Source: Eledone cirrhosa
Taxonomy: Eukaryota
NCBI GenBank assembly: GCA_964016885.1
Contig: OZ024744.1
Coordinates: 125,426,001 to 125,490,000 of the forward strand
Direction: 5' to 3'
DNA length: 64,000 bases
Part shown: one piece after another, positions 24,941 to 33,081 of the stretch
How positions within the stretch are numbered: position 1 is the first letter of the stretch
Layout: the number at the start of each line of letters is the position of its first letter
Notes under the pieces: generated by a model
What the model saw: the letters and a program-made list of their open reading frames with translations, nothing else
Told to the model about the DNA's origin: nothing
The model's database searches: none
Program-made: the position numbers and the translations under genes

Positions 24941-25471
24941 TGATATAAAATATATTGTTATCATGACTGTCTTTATTATTTAAATTACCTCTGTCTATTT
25001 ACAGATTTTACAGAGTGTACTGGGTGCTTTTATGATGGGAGCAGCAACTCTATACGATTTTACAGAGTGTACTTGGTGCTTTTATCATGGCACATGGCAG
25101 CAGCAGAAGCAGCAACTACGATTTTACAGAGTGTACTTGGTGCTTTTTACTCTGACATCAGCACTGAGGAAGTTGTCATATTTTCAGCTAAATTAATGAG
25201 TAGAAAAACCAAGTTTCTGCTACAAAAAATTCTCAGATTCAAGGGAGACATTCAGTTTAAGTATGGTATACTGTCACTAAGGCAGCAAATTGGCAGAGTC
25301 GCTAGAATATCAGATAGCATTCTTTACATTATTTGTTTCAGCTCTCTGTTCTCTCAATTCAAATCCTGCTCAGGTCAACTTTGCCTTTCATCCATACAAA
25401 ATAGATTAATAAAAGTACCAGTGTATTACTGGGGTCAATTCTTCTTCTAACTCTTCTGCACTTCCATTCTC

Positions 25472-25512
<41 letters not shown>

Positions 25513-25759
25513 GCTTCTTTAGAACACATCTGCTGTATTCAGACCTGGAGCGGAGATGGGCTCCACCAAGTTTTAAAAATTGCCCTTTAAGCGCTGTATG
25601 TCAATATGGTGCCCCTATGATTCCCTCCCTCAGGAGTTATGGGACCATAGATACTGTCAATTGTAAAGAATAACAGAGATATTCAGTGCTAGTGTGGTGT
25701 TCTGTCAGTTGTGGAGATTGATGAATCTAAACAGAAATATCAACAGCACTTTTCATTTC

Positions 25760-25935
25760 TGAGTAACACATTTGTTACCAAGTGCTGCATGGCTGGAATG
25801 AAAATCAGTGCTGTGAAAACCAAGACATTCATCCTCTCAAGGAAGCTTGTGCAGTGCACTCTACATGTAAATGGAGTCCCACTGAAGCAGGTAGAAAAGT
25901 TCATGTATCTCGAAGCTGTGTTCACGAGTGATGAC
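25760..25935 (+). mobile_element. Short LINE RT thumb-region fragment (also ~57828-58003)
   Basis: GMKISAVKTKT...LKQVEKFMYLEAVFTSD. Confidence 0.6.
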
Positions 25936-25982
25936 AGAGACGGCAAAGGCACAACACACAACAGAAGAAAAGAACAATGACA

Positions 25983-26015
<33 letters not shown>

Positions 26016-26077
26016 TGTTTTATTAGTTTTATTATAATAAAAATTGTGCTGTTAGTTTGCTTGCTATACCATCATGT

Positions 26078-26170
26078 ACCCTAACCCTAAACCTAACCCC
26101 AACTCCAACTCTGACCCTAAACCTAACCCCAACCCCAACCCCAACCCTAACCCTAACCCTAACCCTAACC
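26078..26170. repeat. Interstitial telomere-type (CCCTAA)n tract abutting the 172-bp array (shorter in copy 2, 58144-58205)
   Basis: Direct reading. Confidence 0.9.
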
Positions 26171-27101
26171 CACGATAGAAGACGTTCGTTACCGCTGGAG
26201 CAACGCAAATTACTCCTCGGTTGACGCCAAAAACGAACGCCTTCTCGACGGCTAGCCGCATTTCGTGATCCGCCTTTCGATTGCGCTTCCGTCGCGGAAA
26301 AAGAATTGCCTTTATAGGCCGCCGCCGCCGCCCGACCGGACCCACGATAGAAGACGTTCGTTACCGCTGGAGCAACGCAAATTACTCCTCGGTTGACGCC
26401 AAAAACGAACGCCTTCTCGACGGCTAGCCGCATTTCGTGATCCGCCTTTCGATTGCGCTTCCGTCGCGGAAAAAGAATTGCCTTTATAGGCCGCCGCCGC
26501 CGCCCGACCGGACCCACGATAGAAGACGTTCGTTACCGCTGGAGCAACGCAAATTACTCCTCGGTTGACGCCAAAAACGAACGCCTTCTCGACGGCTAGC
26601 CGCATTTCGTGATCCGCCTTTCGATTGCGCTTCCGTCGCGGAAAAAGAATTGCCTTTATAGGCCGCCGCCGCCGCCCGACCGGACCCACGATAGAAGACG
26701 TTCGTTACCGCTGGAGCAACGCAAATTACTCCTCGGTTGACGCCAAAAACGAACGCCTTCTCGACGGCTAGCCGCATTTCGTGATCCGCCTTTCGATTGC
26801 GCTTCCGTCGCGGAAAAAGAATTGCCTTTATAGGCCGCCGCCGCCGCCCGACCGGACCCACGATAGAAGACGTTCGTTACCGCTGGAGCAACGCAAATTA
26901 CTCCTCGGTTGACGCCAAAAACGAACGCCTTCTCGACGGCTAGCCGCATTTCGTGATCCGCCTTTCGATTGCGCTTCCGTCGCGGAAAAAGAATTGCCTT
27001 TATAGGCCGCCGCCGCCGCCCGACCGGACCCACGATAGAAGACGTTCGTTACCGCTGGAGCAACGCAAATTACTCCTCGGTTGACGCCAAAAACGAACGC
27101 C
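26169..27101 (+). promoter_or_regulatory. 172-bp GC-rich tandem repeats (5 full plus 1 partial); putative Pol I spacer-promoter/enhancer array
   Basis: Exact 172-bp period directly upstream of the 18S start. TATAGG occurs at 26313, 26485, 26657, 26829 and 27001. The repeat is certain; the promoter role is inferred. Confidence 0.55.
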
Positions 27102-27461
27102 TTCCGGTTCGGGCGACGTAAAAGTCTGTAGCCTTTTCGCCGATCCTCGACGATTATCCGCCTTCCGAACAACCGCCTTTCCGCCGTCACAGCAGTAGGT
27201 ACTCGTCCGTCGTAATAGCCGTCATTTTAATGCAGGAGAAACGCCTAAATGCACTGCGATTGACGACGATCTACGACGCGCTTACTCTTCCTTGCTGCGA
27301 CGAAGGTTTCGTTCGGCTTTTCGTCGTGGACCCGGTCAGGTCATGCCGCTGATCTCGCGTTGCGTCGTTACCGCTGGAGCAACGCAAATTACTCCTCGTT
27401 TAACGCCAACATCGAACGCGCTTCGGTTCTCGGTCGTCGTTGTTTTGTTTCGTGCGGAAGA
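27102..27461 (+). other. Putative 5' external transcribed spacer (also 59125-59484)
   Basis: CpG-rich segment between the repeats and the 18S 5' end; positional inference. Confidence 0.55.
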
Positions 27462-27646
27462 TACCTGGGTGATCCTGCCAGTAGTCATATGCTTGTCTCA
27501 AAGCTTAAGCCATGCAAGTGGAAGTTCATGCCGTAAACGAAAATGGTGAAACCGCGAATGGCTCAGGAACCGGATCTAATCCTCGGGACCGTATTCCTCA
27601 CCGCGAGGAGAGGATAACTGTGGCAATTCTAGAGCTAATACATGCA
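27462..27646 (+). rRNA. 18S rRNA 5' end only (~185 nt; truncated, diverged)
   Basis: TACCTGGgTGATCCTGCCAGTAGTCATATGCTTGTCTCAAAG..TAAGCCATGCA, GGTGAAACCGCGAATGGCTCA and GGATAACTGTGGCAATTCTAGAGCTAATACATGC occur in canonical order and spacing. Confidence 0.93.
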
Positions 27647-27650
27647 ATTG

Positions 27651-30600
27651 AGATCGGAGAGGGAGCGATCCGTCTGCTTGATTCCGATAACGAACGAGAC
27701 ATTCGTATCCGAAAGAACGTTTGTCTGGAAACTGGTGCAGTCAGTGAGTCGAAAAAAAAATATCTCGGTGGTAGTAGCAAATATTCGAACGAGACATTCG
27801 TATGCGAAAGAACGTTTGTCGGTGGTAGTAGCAAATATTCGAACGAGACATTCGTATGCGAAAGAACGTTTGTCTGGAAGTGGCGATCCATGCCCGGTGG
27901 ATAGTTGGTTCCGGGTTTTACTATGATTGTTGCAAAACAGAAACTTAAAGGGATTGACAGAATTTGCGATTCCGGAGAGAGGGCGATCCGTCTGCTTGAT
28001 TCCGATAACGAACGAGACATTCGTATCCGAAAGAACGTTTGTCTGGAAACTGGTGAGTCAGTGAGTCGAAAAAAAAATATCTCGGTGGTAGTAGCAAATA
28101 TTCGAACGAGACATTCGTAGGCGAAAGAAAAATATCTCGGTGGTAGTAGCAAATATTCGAACGAGACATTCGTATGCGAAAGAACGTTTGTCGGTGGTAG
28201 TAGCAAATATTCGAACGAGACATTCGTATGCGAAAGAACGTTTGTCGGTGGTAGTAGCAAATATTCGAACGAGACATTCGTATGCGAAAGAACGTTTGTC
28301 TGGAAGTGGCGATCCATGCCCGGTGGATAGTTGGTTCCGGGTTTTACTATGATTGTTGCAAAACAAAAACTTAAAGGGATTGACAGAATTTGCGATTCCG
28401 GAGAGAGGGCGATCCGTCTGCTTGATTCCGATAACGAACGAGACATTCGTATCCGAAAGAACGTTTGTCTGGAAACTGGTGAGTCAGTGAGTCGAAAAAA
28501 AAATATCTCGGTGGTAGTAGCAAATATTCGAACGAGACATTCGTATGCGAAAGAACGTTTGTCGGTGGTAGTAGCAAATATTCGAACGAGACATTCGTAT
28601 GCGAAAGAACGTTTGTCTGGAAGTGGCGATCCATGCCCGGTGGATAGTTGGTTCCGGGTTTTACTATGATTGTTGCAAAACAGAAACTTAAAGGGATTGA
28701 CAGAATTTGCGATTACGGAGAGGGGGCGATCCGTCTGCTTGATTCCGATAACGAACGAGACATTCGTATCCGAAAGAACGTTTGTCTGGAAACTGGTGAG
28801 TCAGTGAGTCGAAAAAAAAATATCTCGGTGGTAGTGGCAAATATTCGAACGAGACATTCGTATGCGAAAGAACGTTTGTCGGTGGTAGTAGCAAATATTC
28901 GAACGAGACATTCGTATGCGAAAGAACGTTTGTCTGGAAGTGGCGATCCATGCCCGGTGGATAGTTGGTTCCGGGTTTTACTATGATTGTTGCAAAACAG
29001 AAACTTAAAGGGATTGACAGAATTTGCGATTACGGAGAGGGGGCGATCCGTCTGCTTGATTCCGATAACGAACGAGACATTCGTATCCGAAAGAACGTTT
29101 GTCTGGAAACTGGTGAGTCAGTGAGTCGAAAAAAAAATATCTCGGTGGTAGTGGCAAATATTCGAACGAGACATTCGTATGCGAAAGAACGTTTGTCGGT
29201 GGTAGTAGCAAATATTCGAACGAGACATTCGTATGCGAAAGAACGTTTGTCTGGAAGTGGCGATCCATGCCCGGTGGATAGTTGGTTCCGGGTTTTACTA
29301 TGATTGTTGCAAAACAGAAACTTAAAGGGATTGACAGAATTTGCGATTACGGAGAGGGGGCGATCCGTCTGCTTGATTCCGATAACGAACGAGACATTCG
29401 TATCCGAAAGAACGTTTGTCTGGAAACTGGTGAGTCAGTGAGTCGAAAAAAAAATATCTCGGTGGTAGTAGCAAATATTCGAACGAGACATTCGTATGCG
29501 AAAGAACGTTTGTCGGTGGTAGTAGCAAATATTCGAACGAGACATTCGTATGCGAAAGAACGTTTGTCTGGAAGTGGCGATCCATGCCCGGTGGATAGTT
29601 GGTTCCGGGTTTTACTATGATTGTTGCAAAACAGAAACTTAAAGGGATTGACAGAATTTGCGATTACGGAGAGGGGGCGATCCGTCTGCTTGATTCCGAT
29701 AACGAACGAGACATTCGTATCCGAAAGAACGTTTGTCTGGAAACTGGTGAGTCAGTGAGTCGAAAAAAAAATATCTCGGTGGTAGTAGCAAATATTCGAA
29801 CGAGACATTCGTATGCGAAAGAACGTTTGTCGGTGGTAGTAGCAAATATTCGAACGAGACATTCGTATGCGAAAGAACGTTTGTCTGGAAGTGGCGATCC
29901 ATGCCCGGTGGATAGTTGGTTCCGGGTTTTACTATGATTGTTGCAAAACAGAAACTTAAAGGGATTGACAGAATTTGCGATTCCGGAGAGGGGGCGATCC
30001 GTCTGCTTGATTCCGATAACGAACGAGACATTCGTATCCGAAAGAACGTTTGTCTGGAAACTGGTGAGTCGAAAAAAAAATATCTCGGTGGTAGTAGCAA
30101 ATATTCGTATGCGAAAGAAAAGATCTCGGTGGTAGTAGCAAATATTCGAACGAGACATTCGTAGGCGAAAGAAAAATATCTCGGTGGTAGTAGCAAATAT
30201 TCGAACGAGACATTCGTATGCGAAAGAACGTTTGTCGGTGGTAGTAGCAAATATTCGAACGAGACATTCGTATGCGAAAGAACGTTTGTCTGGAAGTGGC
30301 GATCCATGCCCGGTGGATAGTTGGTTCCGGGTTTTACTATGATTGTTGCAAAACAGAAACTTAAAGGGATTGACAGAATTTGCGATTCCGGAGAAGGGGC
30401 GATCCGTCTGCTTGATTCCGATAACGAACGAGACATTCGTATCCGAAAGAACGTTTGTCTGGAAACTGGTGAGTCAGTGAGTCGAAAAAAAAATATCTCG
30501 GTGGTAGTAGCAAATATTCGAACGAGACATTCGTATGCGAAAGAAAAATATCTCGGTGGTAGTAGCAAATATTCGAACGAGACATTCGTATGCGAAAGAA

Positions 30601-31058
30601 CGTTTGTCTGGAAGTGGCGATCCATGCTCGGTGGATAGTTGGTTCCGGGTTTTACTATGATTGTTGCAAAACAGAAACTTAAAGGGATTGACAGAATTTG
30701 CGATTCCGGAGAGGGGGCGATCCGTCTGCTTGATTCCGATAACGAACGAGACATTCGTATCCGAAAGAACGTTTGTCTGGAAACTGGTGAGTCAGTGAGT
30801 CGAAAAAAAAATATCTCGGTGGTAGTAGCAAATATTCGTATGCGAAAGAAAAGATCTCGGTGGTAGTAGCAAATATTCGAACGAGACATTCGTATGCGAA
30901 AGAAAAATATCTCGGTGGTAGTAGCAAATATTCGAACGAGACATTCGTATTCGAAAGAACGTTTGTCTGGAAGTTGCGATCCATGCCCGGTGGATAGTTG
31001 GTTCCGGGCTTTACTATGATTGTTGCAAAACAGAAACTTAAAGGAATTGACAGAATTT
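27651..31058 (+). repeat. rRNA-mosaic tandem array: 10 monomers (mostly 317 bp; others 318-426 bp) built from 18S and 28S motifs
   Basis: Each monomer has 18S-like GATTCCGGAGAGGG, GATTCCGATAACGAACGAGAC, CATTCGTAT, GCGAAAG and GGTTCCGGG..GTTGCAAA..GAAACTTAAAGG.ATTGAC, plus 28S-like ATCTcGGTGGTAGTAGCAAATATTCgAACGAGA. Confidence 0.93.
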
Positions 31059-31084
31059 TCGAATCGACATCAACTCGGCTACGG

Positions 31085-31440
31085 CTATCCCGTCGAGTAC
31101 GAGAGTATCGCGGGATCAGAGCAACGGTTTGCTAGGCTGCCTCTGAGCGATAACGGCTGAACGCCTCCTCTAAGCCGGAACCCTAGCCGGACCCGAGTTG
31201 TTTTTCGACAAGCGTCTCGACCTTCTTAAGGCCCATGCCTTAGTTTGGCGATTGCCGTCCGTTCGCCGACGGCGGCAGCGTCAGCGGAAATGCCATTCTG
31301 TGACGACTACGACGATTCGTCGTCGTCGTCGTCCATTCGATTTCCTGAAAGAGATAGAGACTAAAGTGATCAAATTGTTCGGAGTTACGTGCTTAGTAGA
31401 GCAGCTACCACACTGCAATCTATTGAGAGTTTTCTGACGA
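31085..31440 (+). rRNA. 28S rRNA 3'-terminal remnant (domain VI: sarcin-ricin helix to 3' end), diverged
   Basis: AGTACGAGAG (31096), GATAACGGCTGAACGCCTC..TAAG (31149), CCATTCTGTGACGAC (31293) and GTAGAGCAGCT...CTGCAATCTATTGA (31397) occur in canonical order. Confidence 0.85.
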
Positions 31441-33081
31441 ACGATACAATCCGCCCACGTGGCGCCAGAAAGGGAGAAGAAAAGAAAAGTTAGACGCCGC
31501 CGATCGATCGGTTCGTTGTTTTACGTGTACACAGCTTGTGTGTGTGTCTGTATGTGATACAAGCCGCCTATCCGTCTTCCAAGTAAGTTTTGTGTGTAGA
31601 CTGCGGAAAGAAATCCAATCCGCCGTCTAGGCGGTTCTGCCGCCGACCCATACTTTTGCGAGTCGCTCCCGGGAAAGACAGGCGGCAAGACGGCGTGTAT
31701 ACACGACGCCTTCCGTCTTCCGCCTCGAACCCGGCAAACGTTCCTTTATTCGTCCACGCCTTCCCGCTTCGATCGCGAGAAAGTAATCAATCTGTTTTGT
31801 GTGTGATACAAATTTGTTTTCTTAATTTGATAACCATGAATTGTTTCAACACCGGCCCTTTTAAGGGCCACTTATATTTTCAATAATCAGTTTAAATGGG
31901 TTGCACCGTAGCCACTTGGTAATACACTGCAAATCTCCCGTCAATCTATGAAGGTTTTGTAGTAGATTAGATCAAAACACAATCAGCAAGACAGTAATGG
32001 AATGAATAATATAAACATTTGTTTATAATTAAAGCCTTAAGATGTCCCTCCCTCCCTCCCTTCCTCCCTTCCTTCCTTCCTTCCTTCCTTCCTTACGATA
32101 TACACTTTAATAACATTGAAACTTATTTAATAAGTTTAAATTTTAAACACTTTTTATTCAGACGTACCGCGATAAGTAACTAGATATGTTCTAACGAATA
32201 ATCCGCGATGTGGCGAGGATTACCGCGATAGGAAATTAGATACGTTCCAAAGAAATATCCGCGAAAAGTGAACCGCGATATAGCGGGTTCACCAGCCAGT
32301 GTATTACTGGTACTTTATTTTATCGACCCCCATAAGGATGAAAGGCAAAGTTAACTGTGCAATAACAAAGGGAGATAACCTCGTCTTTTTTTTTTTACGG
32401 AGTTATTTCCCTTTAAATTTTATCTATTACTTATGATGATACAATTTAATCAGTTCTTAGCTGTCGAGACACTGCATCCTTTAAAACCTCCATGGAACAA
32501 GCTACCTGCAACAGTTGTTAGCTGTCGAGACACTGCATCTTTTAAAACCTCCATGGAACAAACTACCTGCATCAGTTGTTAGGGTCTGAGTTCAAATCAC
32601 GCCGAGGAGGTTAACTTTGCCTTTCATCCTTACGGGGTCGGTCGGAAAACGAACCATTCCCGGTTCGCTTTCGAAGCGGGTTTCCGAAAACAGCGCTTCT
32701 CTCGACCGGGCCCGTCGTCCGCTCGGCGGTGGTTTTCATCGTCCCAGGCACGGCTAACAGGCGGAGACGGGACAAACGCGCGTGTTCCTTTTTTTATCAG
32801 CCGCAGCGCCGTTCGTATATATGCTTAGGTTGTTTTTTTTTTAAATATCCTAAGTTAAGTTGGGGCTAAGTTAAGTTGGGGCTAAGTTAAGTTGAGGTTA
32901 AGTTGAGTTGGGGTTAAGTTAAGTGGGGGTTAAGTTAAGCTGGGGTTAAGTTAAGTTGAGGTTAAGTTAAGTTGGGGTTAAGTCAAGTTGGGGTTAAGTT
33001 AAGTTGGGGTTAAGTTAGGTTGGGGTTAAGTTAGGTTGGGGTTAAGTTAAGTTGGGGTTAAGTTAGGTTGCGGTTAAGTTA

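Noticed and set aside
26032-27190. Repeated 125-aa minus-strand ORFs
   Set aside because: The 172-bp period is not a multiple of 3; these are GC-rich repeat artefacts.
27512-30984. ORFs up to 416 aa in the mosaic array (and 59535-63991)
   Set aside because: By-products of tandem repeats; frames differ between monomers and between units, and no protein motifs are recognisable.
27651-31058. CRISPR-like array
   Set aside because: There are no unique spacers; whole monomers repeat. The context is eukaryotic and no cas genes are present.
27462-31440. A functional 18S-5.8S-28S rRNA gene
   Set aside because: Only ~185 nt of 18S and ~350 nt of 28S are colinear. No 5.8S, 18S 3' end or peptidyl-transferase region was found.
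31990-32010. Artificial duplication, since the 32001-bp period is almost exactly half the window
   Set aside because: The sequence is seamless at the junction, and the copies differ in SNPs, microsatellites and array structure. Haplotype mis-joining still cannot be excluded without reads.
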